Positions 9,313 through 19,285 of a stretch of DNA of 46,952 nt are shown in pieces. The notes beneath the pieces are model-generated. The model was given only the letters and a program-made list of their open reading frames with translations, searched no databases and was not told the origin of the DNA. The position numbers and the translations under genes were made by a program. Each line of letters begins with the position of its first letter. Within the stretch, counting starts at the first letter, position 1. Origin of the DNA: Flavobacteriales bacterium (GTDB lineage Bacteria > Bacteroidota > Bacteroidia > Flavobacteriales > JANQLC01); the NCBI GenBank assembly GCA_036881805.1, contig JBAJNK010000012.1, positions 1-46,952 on the forward strand, in the 5' to 3' direction.

Positions 9313-10581
9313 TTATGCCTCTCTCAAAGCATCTATCGGCCGCACGCGCACAGCCTTTTGGGCCGGTATCAGACCGATCAGCGCACCCGACATGACCATC
9401 AAGGGCACGGAGAGCACCAAAAACCACGTGCTTACCGTCGGATTATAGAAAGGGATATCTCGCCCCGTCACATACGAGTTTAAAAGGGCTAATGTACCCA
9501 CTCCGAATACCATACCCAACAAGCCGGCGACGAGCGTAAGGGAAACCGCCTCTAAGAGTATCAAGCGCCTTATCGATCCAGGGGTGGCGCCCAGGGCCCG
9601 CCGCACACCGATCTCACGGGTTCGCTCTTTGACTGAGATCAACAGTATATTGCCTATGGCGATAACGCCGGCGATAAAGGTAGTCATACCTACGATTATC
9701 GTGAGCAATTGAATGCCGTTGAGGAATCCGGTCAGCTTTTTATAATTCTCACTCATGTTAAATGCCCGGATCGCTTGGGTATCTTTGGGCGATACGTGGT
9801 GGAGTTGTTTTAAAAGGACTTCAGCCCGCTGTTGCACCGCTTTGGCATCGGCATTATCCCGTAAAATCATAACGGTCGATCGAATCTGTTTGCCCTGATT
9901 AAAAACGCGTTGAAAAGTGGTGAAGGGCGTAAAGATCGTCTCGTCGGAATCGATGTGGATATTGGGGTTGGGGTGGTAAACCCCGATGACCTGAAAATAC
10001 AGCTCGTTAATCTCGATGAATTTTCCGATGGGGTCTTCGTCTTTCTCAAAGAGTTGTGCCACGTCTTTCTCACTGATAACCGCTACTTTTCGGCGGTTTT
10101 TCATATCGTTTTCATTTAAAAAACGGCCAGCTGTAAGCGCTCGTTTATTCACTTTGTCAATCAGTGGATAATCGCCGTAGACCGGAAAGGGGTGGGATTG
10201 TAAGCCGTAAGAAACCAGGGGTGCAGGGGTCCCCCAGCTACCCAACGAGTTGCGCGGGATGATAAACTGAATTTCGGAAACCTCAGATCGCAGCGTCTTT
10301 ATATCGTCTATATTGAGCCGAATCGGACGGCCTCGCTGAAACCCCTGATAGGGAACGCTGCTGCGTCCCCCGATCATAAAAATGCTATTCGTCGCAAAAT
10401 CTCCAAAGAGCTTGGAAAACCCGTTTTGCATACCCCGAGCTGCGCCCAATAATACGATTAACAAAAAGATGCCCCAAAGCACGCCCACGATGGTTATGGC
10501 TGTACGCGTCTTATTCTTTCCGATCGAATCGAAAATCTCCTGCCAGGTATCCCGCTTCAGTACAAATCTCAGGCTACTCAT
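9313..10581 (-). CDS. ABC transporter permease (MacB/FtsX family)
   Basis: 422 aa. N-terminal TM helix, large periplasmic domain and C-terminal FtsX-type helices (RTREIGVRRALGA). Overlaps the upstream permease by 8 nt. Confidence 0.85.
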   Translation of the reverse strand: MSSLRFVLKRDTWQEIFDSIGKNKTRTAITIVGVLWGIFLLIVLLGAARGMQNGFSKLFGDFATNSIFMIGGRSSVPYQGFQRGRPIRLNIDDIKTLRSEVSEIQFIIPRNSLGSWGTPAPLVSYGLQSHPFPVYGDYPLIDKVNKRALTAGRFLNENDMKNRRKVAVISEKDVAQLFEKDEDPIGKFIEINELYFQVIGVYHPNPNIHIDSDETIFTPFTTFQRVFNQGKQIRSTVMILRDNADAKAVQQRAEVLLKQLHHVSPKDTQAIRAFNMSENYKKLTGFLNGIQLLTIIVGMTTFIAGVIAIGNILLISVKERTREIGVRRALGATPGSIRRLILLEAVSLTLVAGLLGMVFGVGTLALLNSYVTGRDIPFYNPTVSTWFLVLSVPLMVMSGALIGLIPAQKAVRVRPIDALREA

Positions 10582-11806
10582 CGTGTAAAGCGGTTATGGG
10601 TTTAATTCGAGCTGCGCGTCGGGCTGGCACATAGCCCGCCAACAAGCCCGAAACGATGAGCAAAACCGTCGCCATGATCACCATGCTGCTACTCACATAA
10701 GGGTTGGTGATAGAGTAATCCTTTAGGTTTGTGCCGATTGCCCGCAAGGTAAGCACCCCCGCTATCAGTCCCAAGTAACCTGAAATAGTCGTTATAAAAA
10801 GCGATTCCTGCAAAATCAAACCGATTACGGCTCTCGGTGTGGCGCCCAAGGCTTTGCGAATGCCGATTTCCCGCGTTCGTTCCCTTACCACGAAGACCAT
10901 GATGTTGCTGATACCAATGGCACCCGCCAGCAGTGTGCCTATACTGATCAGCGTTACGATACCGCCGATCACCTGCAAGAAAATGTCGATATTTTTCAGG
11001 GCTTTTGCACGACTGTCCACGTATATACCGCCCTGGCCGTTCGGGCTGATGAAATGGCGTCTTTTTAGGTTCTCTCTCAGTTTGTCTTGAAAAGCCATAA
11101 TCCGGTCAAAATTCATCTCCGGGTTATAAGTCAGGGTGATCAGATCCACCCCATTACCCATGTGGCGGAGTAGCTGTATGGTCGTGCGGGGTACGTATAC
11201 CCGATTCTCCGCCATGCTGTTGCCCCCCTTTTCCATAAAAACACCGATGACTTTAAAAGCGATACCATCTACGTATATGTATTTCCCCACAGCGCTTTTG
11301 TGCTCGAATAAATCGGTTTGCAACGGCTGGCCAATCACGGCTACTTTTCGCTTGTCTCTGATATCGCCATAGTTGAGGAAACGGCCGCTGCGCAAGCCGA
11401 GCTGCTCGGTAAACTGACATCCAGGGTCAACGGCCCTTAGTTGGTAATTGCCATATTCATTTCCGTGGCGAATGGGAAGCTCTAAGTGTATGCGGCCGCT
11501 CAGATTTTGAACCGTATGGGGAAATTTATCCCGTATATAGGTCAGATCCCGATTGGTCAACCGAATCTTTCGACCGCTTTCAAAACCCCTATAAGGCAAA
11601 GACGAAAAGCCTGAGTATACGTACACCGCGTTGGGTGCGTCATTTTTGAACTGACTGATAAATGAATTTCTCAAACCATTGCCCATGCCCGTCATGGCGC
11701 TGAATATATAGATGCCGATAAAAACCGTAAAGCCGCTCAGCGCGGTGCGGAGTTTGTTTTTTTTAATCGTATCGAATATTTCCCGCCAACGATCCCTATC
11801 AAACAT
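10574..11806 (-). CDS. ABC transporter permease (MacB/FtsX family), paralogue of the downstream gene
   Basis: 410 aa with the same architecture (RTREIGIRKALGA). Overlaps the ATPase gene by 8 nt. Confidence 0.85.
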   Translation of the reverse strand: MFDRDRWREIFDTIKKNKLRTALSGFTVFIGIYIFSAMTGMGNGLRNSFISQFKNDAPNAVYVYSGFSSLPYRGFESGRKIRLTNRDLTYIRDKFPHTVQNLSGRIHLELPIRHGNEYGNYQLRAVDPGCQFTEQLGLRSGRFLNYGDIRDKRKVAVIGQPLQTDLFEHKSAVGKYIYVDGIAFKVIGVFMEKGGNSMAENRVYVPRTTIQLLRHMGNGVDLITLTYNPEMNFDRIMAFQDKLRENLKRRHFISPNGQGGIYVDSRAKALKNIDIFLQVIGGIVTLISIGTLLAGAIGISNIMVFVVRERTREIGIRKALGATPRAVIGLILQESLFITTISGYLGLIAGVLTLRAIGTNLKDYSITNPYVSSSMVIMATVLLIVSGLLAGYVPARRAARIKPITALHDE

Positions 11807-12512
11807 ACTGGGGCGATCGAGTCTGATTTATCGATTTATCGCTCACGATTTTACCGTCTTTCAGATTGACGATGCGCCTCGTCATATTGGCGATGTCGGG
11901 CTCATGGGTGACGATGAGGATCGTGCGCCCCTCGTCGTTGATCTCTTGTATTAAGCGCATGATCTCATGCGAATTTTGGGTATCCAAAGCGCCTGTCAAC
12001 TCGTCGGCCAGCAGTACTTTGGGATCAGCAGCGAGTGCGCGGGCGATGGCTACGCGTTGTTGTTGCCCACCAGACAGCGCATTGGGGTGGTGTGTAGCCC
12101 ATTGCGCCAGACCCATCTTATCCAAGTAATGCATGGCGCGTTCCATGCGATCCTTGCGCCGAATACCTTGGTAATACAAGGGCAAGGCAACATTTTCTAC
12201 CGCGTTTTTGTAGCCGATTAAATGGAAAGATTGAAAGATAAAACCCAAAAATTTATTGCGATACCGGGCCGCTGTGGTTTCATTTAAATTTTTAATCGGG
12301 ACACCATCCAAAATATAGTCGCCGGAATCGGCCTCATCCAGCATACCGATAATGTTGAGTAGGGTTGATTTACCCGATCCGGAAGAACCCATAATGGAAA
12401 CCAACTCACCGACTCCAACGCTTAGACAGATGCCCTTTAGGACTTGCAATTTGTTTTTACCCGTGCGGTAAGACTTCTGCAAGTCTCGTATCTCTATCAC
12501 CGGTTCTGCCAT
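11799..12512 (-). CDS. ABC transporter ATP-binding protein (MacB/LolD-like)
   Basis: Walker A GSSGSGKST, signature LSGGQQQRVAIARAL, Walker B LLADE. Start placed at ATG 12512 (MAEPVIEIRDL). Confidence 0.9.
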   Translation of the reverse strand: MAEPVIEIRDLQKSYRTGKNKLQVLKGICLSVGVGELVSIMGSSGSGKSTLLNIIGMLDEADSGDYILDGVPIKNLNETTAARYRNKFLGFIFQSFHLIGYKNAVENVALPLYYQGIRRKDRMERAMHYLDKMGLAQWATHHPNALSGGQQQRVAIARALAADPKVLLADELTGALDTQNSHEIMRLIQEINDEGRTILIVTHEPDIANMTRRIVNLKDGKIVSDKSINQTRSPQYV

Positions 12513-12564
12513 AAAAAATAAGTCACCTTTCCGCAATAGCAAAATATATGCCAAATCGAAGCGC

Positions 12565-12572
12565 CAAAGTTA
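12565..12572 (-). promoter_or_regulatory. Bacteroidota-type -7 promoter box (TAACTTTG)
   Basis: Exact TAnnTTTG on the minus strand, 52 nt upstream of the ABC ATPase ATG. Confidence 0.3.
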
Positions 12573-12726
12573 CGGTATTTGAAAAAATATAGGGCTTAGC
12601 GGAGAAAGCTGCGGAATCGCTGGTGTAAAAAGATAATTTCTCTACGCCTTGTCTCGACGGGTAGCCTGTGTGCACAAAGCCATTACATCCAGATAGAGAA
12701 GGTGCACTCAGCATGATCGATTAACC

Positions 12727-13999
12727 TTAAATCCTTACACATTTCACTTCGAACGAACCCGACTTTTTAGGATCATCTTTTGAAGTCGCCGTGATTGATA
12801 CGATTTTTGGGGATGATTGGGAACCCCCATCGTGAACCTCGATAAGAGCGCTTGTGGAATTTGATTTAACTATTTCGACATAACTTTCATCAGAACTCTC
12901 CCAGGTTACACCTTTGTTGGTGGCTCTTTCGGTTACTACAACCGCTTCCAAATCTGCTCCGGGAAGAAGTGCTAATAATGCTGGATCATAGGACAACTCA
13001 ATTGATTTTATAGGTCTACCACTTTTCCTTTCTCTTATAATATTTCCCGACACATCCCTTGCATATACCTGTACCGCCGATATCGTCTCGTGGCAACGGA
13101 TGCTAACAATAAGGGGATTATCTGCGGTATAATCGCTCAATTTTGGTTTTGATGTATCGACTTTGTTCTGCTCGCCATTAAAAATTTTGACAAAAGAATC
13201 ACATATGCCTGGATCGCATACATCACCTAGAACGACCGTTAAATTATACCTTTCATAGCCATCGGTGGGAAAACTGATGATTGCGCCACTGCCTTCCCCA
13301 ATGTAATCTGACAATCTCACGGATATGTAAATATCGCGATAAGCTGAATTTTTATACCCTTTCAGGCTTAGCGCGGCATCGTTGGTCAATACATCGTTAC
13401 AGTAACAGTACAGATGAAAGTTCGCAATTGGTGTGGGTTCGACTCCCAGCTTTACTTCTTTTTCGCCTGTAAATGTAGTGATATAACGACCTTTTAATAA
13501 TTTGAGAGGCAATAATTGAATGGTAACCGTGTTATTGATTTGTTCATTTATCAAAGAGAACTTCACAGGTAGGATTGATTCTTTATTTACAAAATGAAGC
13601 AAGTTGGGATCGTCTTTTTCACTGACTGCTGAAAATATAGCTTCACCACTAGTAGAATTGTCAAATGCTTTTAGTTCAATGATATAATAGATGCCGGAAG
13701 TAAGTGACAATTTTTGGCTGATTCCATCTGCAACGGAATAAGTTCCTTGTTTTATGATGTATTCCGAATCGGTGGTGGGATGGATCGGGTGTAGTCGAAA
13801 TACTCAATCTCAGCTTAGTGATCTTTGCAAAATCACTTTGAATATCGTTTTGTTTTTTAACCAATGATTGGGGTAAAGCCAATTGAATTTGAATAGTGGG
13901 ATCTTGCATCCCAACACCTTGACAACCGAGGAGTACGAGAAAAAAGTAAGTCTGCAATACTTTTTTATAATGTGTCAGTACACAATTGTGATATATCAT
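12727..13999 (-). pseudogene. surface lipoprotein with C-terminal Big_2 (bacterial Ig-like) domain, apparently split by a frameshift
   Basis: The upstream ORF (13676-14008) encodes a signal peptide with lipobox (KKVLQTYFFLVLLGC), then stops. The 327-aa ORF (12727-13710, TTG) stays open upstream to 13803 in another frame. The C-terminus carries a Big_2-like GVTWESSDESYVEIV...IVSITATS segment. Confidence 0.5.
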
Positions 14000-14242
14000 A
14001 TACTGCAAAATTTATTATATATACCCACTAGCCCAGCTCGGCGCAAAGGTACGGATTTCTTCATATCCGAATTGCAACTCCTTAAATTCTATAGCGGTTC
14101 TGTTTCTGATATGATGTTGATCATATTATAGATTTACTATTTTACTATAATAGTATTCATTCTATTTCGGATTTTAAATTTGGTTTTAGCGGAACTCCGA
14201 TGAGCGCTATTCCTGAGCTGGAACCCACAATACTTCCGCAAA

Positions 14243-14272
14243 GAAAAAAACCGCCTCGATCACCGTGCGGTT
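14243..14272 (-). terminator. putative intrinsic terminator downstream of priA
   Basis: The minus strand reads AACCGC-ACGGTGATCGAG-GCGGTT followed by a T-run (7 T in total), about 50 nt after the priA stop. The stem is short (4-6 bp) but GC-rich. Confidence 0.5.
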
Positions 14273-14322
14273 GAAGAACCAAATAGATTAAAAAAGTCAA
14301 CTCAAAGGAAATATGCACGTGC

Positions 14323-16776
14323 TTATTGCGGGTCTACATCGACGATCACTTGAACCGAACGGTAGGCTTTCAGCTGATTGAAAACCACCAGCTTTCTCGC
14401 GAGGAAGCGCTTTGATTTTTTCAAGGAAAAATCGGCTGGAATTTTAAGTGTAATCCCAAAGATATACCGGTTTCGAATGCGGCCAACCGCTGGCATTTCC
14501 GGGCCTAACAGATGGTTTGTAAACCCGATTCGCAGCAGATCAGACAGGTATTTTGCCGCTTCTTCTACCCGATATTTATCGCGGTGCTTCAGCGTAATTT
14601 GAATTAGTCTCGCATAGGGCGGATAGGAAAAACGCTTGCGCTCAGCGAGCTGTTCAGAGACCATTCCATCGTAATCACCAGCGGTGATTTGGCGGATGAT
14701 TCGGCTTCTCGGCTGATAGGTCTGAATGATCACCAAACCTCGCTCGCCCGTGCGCTCTGCCCGTCCAGCTACCTGGGTCATCAGTTGAAAGGCGCGTTCA
14801 TGGGCGCGAAAATCGGGGTAATTCAAGAGGCCGTCTGCTTGAATGATACCGACTAGTTTCACCCGATCGAAGTCCAGCCCTTTGGCGATCATATGGGTTC
14901 CGATCAAGATATCGGTCTCTCGATTTTGAAATTTTGACAAGATGGTTTCAAAGGCTCTTTTTTTGCGCGTGCTATCTCGGTCCATGCGGTCGATTCGGGC
15001 CTGTGGAAACAAGGGCTTTAACCCCATTTCGACTCGCTCGGTACCCGAACCCTTGTAGTTCAAGTCCGCACTGCCACAAGCGAGACAGGATTGTGGACGC
15101 GCTTGGGCATAACCGCAGTAGTGGCAACGCAACTGATCGATAGTCACGTGGTACACAAGCGACACATCGCAATGGGGGCATCGGGGTACCGTACCGCAGG
15201 TATGACACTCGAGAACGGGCGCATAGCCCCGGCGGTTTTGAAACAACAAAACCTGTTTCTCCTCGGCCAAGGTATCGGCTATGCCCTTGAGCAGCGCACG
15301 GCTAAACAGGCCTTTTAAGCGTTTTCGCTTTCGCTCTTCGACCAAGTCTACCACTTGTACAAGTGGAGGTGGCGTATCGTTAAAGCGCTGTTGCAGGGTT
15401 ACGAATCCATAGGTGCCAGCCTGGGCTTTCACATAGGTTTCAATCATGGGCGTGGCGCTGCCCAACAAGACTTTGGCTCCATAGAGACGCGCCAAGATCG
15501 AGGCGGCGTCTCGGGCGTGGTAACGGGGCGCTGGCTCCTGCTGTTTATAGGAAGTGTCGTGCGCCTCATCTACGATGACCAACCCCAGATTTTGAAAGGG
15601 TAAAAAAATACCCGAGCGAGCGGTCACCACCACTTTAAAACGCCCCGCTTTCACCGAATGCCACAACTCCACGCGCTCGTTATCGTTGCAATGGGAACTG
15701 AACACCCCCACAGACTCGCCGAAATAAGCTTTCATCCGGTAGACAAAGGAATGGGTCAAAGCGATTTTGGGCAACAAAAAGAGCACCTGTGCGCCCCGCT
15801 CGATCTGCTTTTGGATCAAGTGCGCATAAATCTCGGTTTTACCACTTCCGGTAACCCCTTTGAGCAATACGACTCCGCTTTCTTTAAAGCGTTGTAAAAC
15901 AGCCTGAAAAGCTGCCTTCTGAATGGGGTGTAAGCCTTTTAGCCCTCGATTTTGTCTCATTTCGGGTAAAATTCGGCGATCGACCGCCTGCTCATAGACT
16001 TCGACGATCTCTTTGGCGGCGAGAGATCGGATGGAATGCCGTTTGGAATTCGTTTCTCGAATCAATTGTGTGAGTTTAACCGCGGGATTACCCCTTTGCT
16101 TTTCGCGCACGAGATAGAGAAATACCGCCCTTTGTCTCTCGGCTCTATACAGTGATTTGAGGGTGTGCGCCAATATCGAGTCGGAGCTAATATCGACGGA
16201 GAGTCTTACAAAGCACACTTTCTTAGGCTTGTAGCGCGCTACGAGTACCTCCTCTTTGACTACCAGCCCCAAGCGCATAAGCGCCTGTATGGTAGCCAGG
16301 CTTTTCGATGTGCCCAAGCGCTTTTGAATCTCGGAAATCCGAAGGGCAGTGACGGATTGTAAAGCATCCAAAATCTGCTGTGCCTCAGCTGAGCGCGACG
16401 CATCGACTTGCGCCCCTCTTGTCGATTGTAGGCGAATGCGCATTTCGCTGTCCAGGCGCAGGCCCGAAGGCAGTGCCGCCCGATACACATCGCCCAGGTT
16501 GCAGCTGTAGTACGCAGCCATCCAAATCCAAAATTCCAGCTGCTGCGGATAGACTACCGGCGCGTGATCCAATACGTAATAGACCGCCTTGGCATCGTAG
16601 TGTTCAGGCGCATCCCCATGGGTTTTGTAAACCAAGCCGGTTTGCGTTTTCCCCTTACCAAAAGGCACGGCAACCCGGACGCCGGGTTTGACCCAAGCCA
16701 GCTGATCCGATTCCAATTTATAGGTAAACGTACCGGCAATGGGCAACGGTAAAATAACATCGACAAAATATGGCAT
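14323..16776 (-). CDS. priA: primosomal replication protein N' (PriA helicase)
   Basis: 817 aa. Walker A GVTGSGKTE, DEAH-type VDEAHD, and cysteine-rich zinc module CHTCG...CPHCD...CHYCG...CLACGS. Confidence 0.95.
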   Translation of the reverse strand: MPYFVDVILPLPIAGTFTYKLESDQLAWVKPGVRVAVPFGKGKTQTGLVYKTHGDAPEHYDAKAVYYVLDHAPVVYPQQLEFWIWMAAYYSCNLGDVYRAALPSGLRLDSEMRIRLQSTRGAQVDASRSAEAQQILDALQSVTALRISEIQKRLGTSKSLATIQALMRLGLVVKEEVLVARYKPKKVCFVRLSVDISSDSILAHTLKSLYRAERQRAVFLYLVREKQRGNPAVKLTQLIRETNSKRHSIRSLAAKEIVEVYEQAVDRRILPEMRQNRGLKGLHPIQKAAFQAVLQRFKESGVVLLKGVTGSGKTEIYAHLIQKQIERGAQVLFLLPKIALTHSFVYRMKAYFGESVGVFSSHCNDNERVELWHSVKAGRFKVVVTARSGIFLPFQNLGLVIVDEAHDTSYKQQEPAPRYHARDAASILARLYGAKVLLGSATPMIETYVKAQAGTYGFVTLQQRFNDTPPPLVQVVDLVEERKRKRLKGLFSRALLKGIADTLAEEKQVLLFQNRRGYAPVLECHTCGTVPRCPHCDVSLVYHVTIDQLRCHYCGYAQARPQSCLACGSADLNYKGSGTERVEMGLKPLFPQARIDRMDRDSTRKKRAFETILSKFQNRETDILIGTHMIAKGLDFDRVKLVGIIQADGLLNYPDFRAHERAFQLMTQVAGRAERTGERGLVIIQTYQPRSRIIRQITAGDYDGMVSEQLAERKRFSYPPYARLIQITLKHRDKYRVEEAAKYLSDLLRIGFTNHLLGPEMPAVGRIRNRYIFGITLKIPADFSLKKSKRFLARKLVVFNQLKAYRSVQVIVDVDPQ

Positions 16777-16840
16777 AGGCGAACAAAAAAATCCCAGACG
16801 AATAAGGTATGGGATTTACCGCTCAGAAAAATCCAGGATG

Positions 16841-17458
16841 TCAATCCGCAGTCCAAATCACCTGACCCATTTGAGATGGCGCATTTGTTTCTTCTGTAAT
16901 AATATCTTCAGCTATGTTGATTATATCTGCCGATATTTGTTTTCTGTCTTTAAATATTTCATCATATACTTTATCAAAATCTTCTTCTTTATAATCATTT
17001 GCTTTCCATCCCTCAACAAGTGCATTATAAATTTTATCAGTAGTTTGTTTATTATTATTTTTAATAAAATCTTTGACAAATTCTTGAAATATGGGTTTTT
17101 TATTAATGTCAGATTTCATACTTTCATAATAATCAGCAACAGATGATTTCAATTTTGCTTTTTGGGCTGGTGTTATATTATTTATTGATTGAGGTTCAAA
17201 TAATTCTTGATCTTTCAGATGAGAAAAATCGTTCTCATTTAGTACATTACTTGTAATTTCTTGTGCAAGATTACTTCTTTCTTGATTCAACTCTTGTGGT
17301 GGAACAGTAAAAGCGGTTGTCGACTTATCTTTATCGTTGAAATTCGCTCGCATACGGTACGCAACCCAATACGGCAAAAAACCGATCAAAAAAGAAAGAA
17401 CCCAAAAGCCGAGTGTGCCGATACAGACAAAGAGTAGAAATCCGAAAAACTGTTCCAT
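16841..17458 (-). CDS. hypothetical membrane protein (orphan)
   Basis: 205 aa. Two N-terminal hydrophobic helices, then a K/E/D/N-rich tail. An exact -7 box sits 17 nt upstream. The C-terminal two thirds are very AT-rich. No family recognised. Confidence 0.5.
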   Translation of the reverse strand: MEQFFGFLLFVCIGTLGFWVLSFLIGFLPYWVAYRMRANFNDKDKSTTAFTVPPQELNQERSNLAQEITSNVLNENDFSHLKDQELFEPQSINNITPAQKAKLKSSVADYYESMKSDINKKPIFQEFVKDFIKNNNKQTTDKIYNALVEGWKANDYKEEDFDKVYDEIFKDRKQISADIINIAEDIITEETNAPSQMGQVIWTAD

Positions 17459-17475
17459 CTGCCTTAGATTTTCTA

Positions 17476-17483
17476 CAAATGTA
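17476..17483 (-). promoter_or_regulatory. Bacteroidota-type -7 promoter box (TACATTTG)
   Basis: Exact TAnnTTTG on the minus strand, 17 nt upstream of ATG 17458. Confidence 0.4.
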
Positions 17484-17539
17484 GTACATATGGTACACTA
17501 AAAAAACGCTGCTCCCATCTGTATTGGATTTAATATCCT

Positions 17540-17547
17540 TACCTTTG
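17540..17547 (+). promoter_or_regulatory. Bacteroidota-type -7 promoter box (TACCTTTG)
   Basis: Exact TAnnTTTG, 17 nt upstream of the fumC ATG 17565. Confidence 0.4.
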
Positions 17548-17564
17548 AAAATAAAAGGCACCCG

Positions 17565-18962
17565 ATGAACTATCGAATCGAACGCGATACCCTAGGCGAA
17601 GTCAAAGTGCCTGCATCCCGATATTGGGGTGCCCAAACCGAGCGTTCCCTACAGCACTTCCAGATCGGCAGGCCAGCTTCCATGCCCATTGAAATCATCC
17701 ATGCCTTTGCACATTTGAAGAAAGCAGCGGCTGGGGTCAATTGCGACTTAGGCGTGCTGAGCGAAACCAAGATGAAGCTGATCACAGCGGTAGCGGATGA
17801 AATTTTACAGGGCGCGCTAGACGATCAGTTTCCACTGGTCATTTGGCAAACCGGTTCGGGCACGCAGTCCAACATGAATGTCAACGAGGTGATCGCCAAC
17901 CGCGCTCATGTGATGCAGGGCGGAAAACTAACGGACAAAATTAAGTGCATCCATCCGAATGATGATGTCAACCGATCGCAATCGAGCAACGACACCTTTC
18001 CCACCGCCATGCACATCGCCGCGTATGGGATGATTGCGGAAACCACCCTACCGGGTTTGATAGCGCTTCGCGATGCCTTGCAGCAAAAATCCGATGCGTT
18101 TGGCGACGTGATAAAGATTGGCCGGACACATCTGATGGATGCGACTCCGCTGACTATGGGGCAAGAGCTATCCGGCTATGTATCCCAATTGGATCACGGC
18201 ATCCAGGCGATCCAAAATACACTCCCCCATCTCGCCGAACTGGCCTTGGGCGGCACAGCGGTGGGCACCGGCTTAAATACGCCGAAGGGCTATGCTGAAA
18301 AGGTGGCGGAAAAAATCGCTGAATTGACCGGTCTGCCCTTTGTAACGGCACCCAATAAGTTCGAATCCCTTTCGGCGCACGATGCCATTGTGGAATCCCA
18401 TGGGGCCTTAAAACAAGTAGCCGTTTCGCTGATGAAAATCGCCAACGACATTCGCATGCTCGCTTCGGGACCCCGCGCGGGTATCGGCGAATACGTGATC
18501 CCGGCCAATGAGCCCGGCTCTTCCATCATGCCGGGCAAAGTCAATCCAACCCAGTGTGAAGCGGTCACCTTAGTAGCTGCCCAAGTCATGGGCAACGACG
18601 TTGCGATAACCTATGCCGGCGCCAGTGGACACTACCAGCTCAATGTATTTAAGCCGGTCATGGCCGCTGCGATTTTGCAATCCGCCCGGTTGCTCGGCGA
18701 TGTATGTGTATCCTTTGCCGTCAACTGTGTAAAGGGCCTGGTGCCCAATAAGAAGTGCATCCAAGCGCATTTGGGTAACTCGCTGATGCTGGTAACGGCC
18801 CTAAATACCCATATCGGTTATGAAAGAGCAGCCGAAATTGCCAAAGCCGCTTACCAAAACGAAACGACTTTAAAGGAAGAAGCGGTTAAGCTGGGTTACC
18901 TAACGGCCGAACAATTCGATGAGTGGGTCAGAGCTGAAGCTATGGTAGGCAGCTCATACTGA
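17565..18962 (+). CDS. fumC: class II fumarate hydratase
   Basis: 465 aa. Fumarate lyase signature [15 protein letters not shown] and conserved N-terminal [13 protein letters not shown]. Confidence 0.95.
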   Translation: MNYRIERDTLGEVKVPASRYWGAQTERSLQHFQIGRPASMPIEIIHAFAHLKKAAAGVNCDLGVLSETKMKLITAVADEILQGALDDQFPLVIWQTGSGTQSNMNVNEVIANRAHVMQGGKLTDKIKCIHPNDDVNRSQSSNDTFPTAMHIAAYGMIAETTLPGLIALRDALQQKSDAFGDVIKIGRTHLMDATPLTMGQELSGYVSQLDHGIQAIQNTLPHLAELALGGTAVGTGLNTPKGYAEKVAEKIAELTGLPFVTAPNKFESLSAHDAIVESHGALKQVAVSLMKIANDIRMLASGPRAGIGEYVIPANEPGSSIMPGKVNPTQCEAVTLVAAQVMGNDVAITYAGASGHYQLNVFKPVMAAAILQSARLLGDVCVSFAVNCVKGLVPNKKCIQAHLGNSLMLVTALNTHIGYERAAEIAKAAYQNETTLKEEAVKLGYLTAEQFDEWVRAEAMVGSSY

Positions 18963-19285
18963 GCTTTTTAGCCCGTGGAACGTCCTATGCGATTCTCCAG
19001 CACGTGCCCACCCCTATTCTGCGATATTTGAGGCTGCTAGTCGCCTTTCTCACACACTTGGGCTGCGGGCTTTTTCAGTACAAAATTTTACCCGTGTAAG
19101 TATCGTGTTCTCACTCTTTCTATTGAATGGGTTTTATAGAAGGCATCTCGGCTCACAGGACGAAATCTCTTTAGCTCATGGGCAGTCGGTCGACGAGGTT
19201 TCAAAAATACTCGATTAGAATTCAAATCGCAATTGAGAATTCAGCATCTTTGCTGGGCTATTAGAGCGATCGTTTAAAATGTATT

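Noticed and set aside
12523-12714. 63-aa ORF with an LSGC lipobox-like string between the Big_2 gene and the ABC ATPase
   Set aside because: There is no positively charged n-region or adequate hydrophobic core before the Cys. It overlaps the ATPase 5' end and its predicted promoter.
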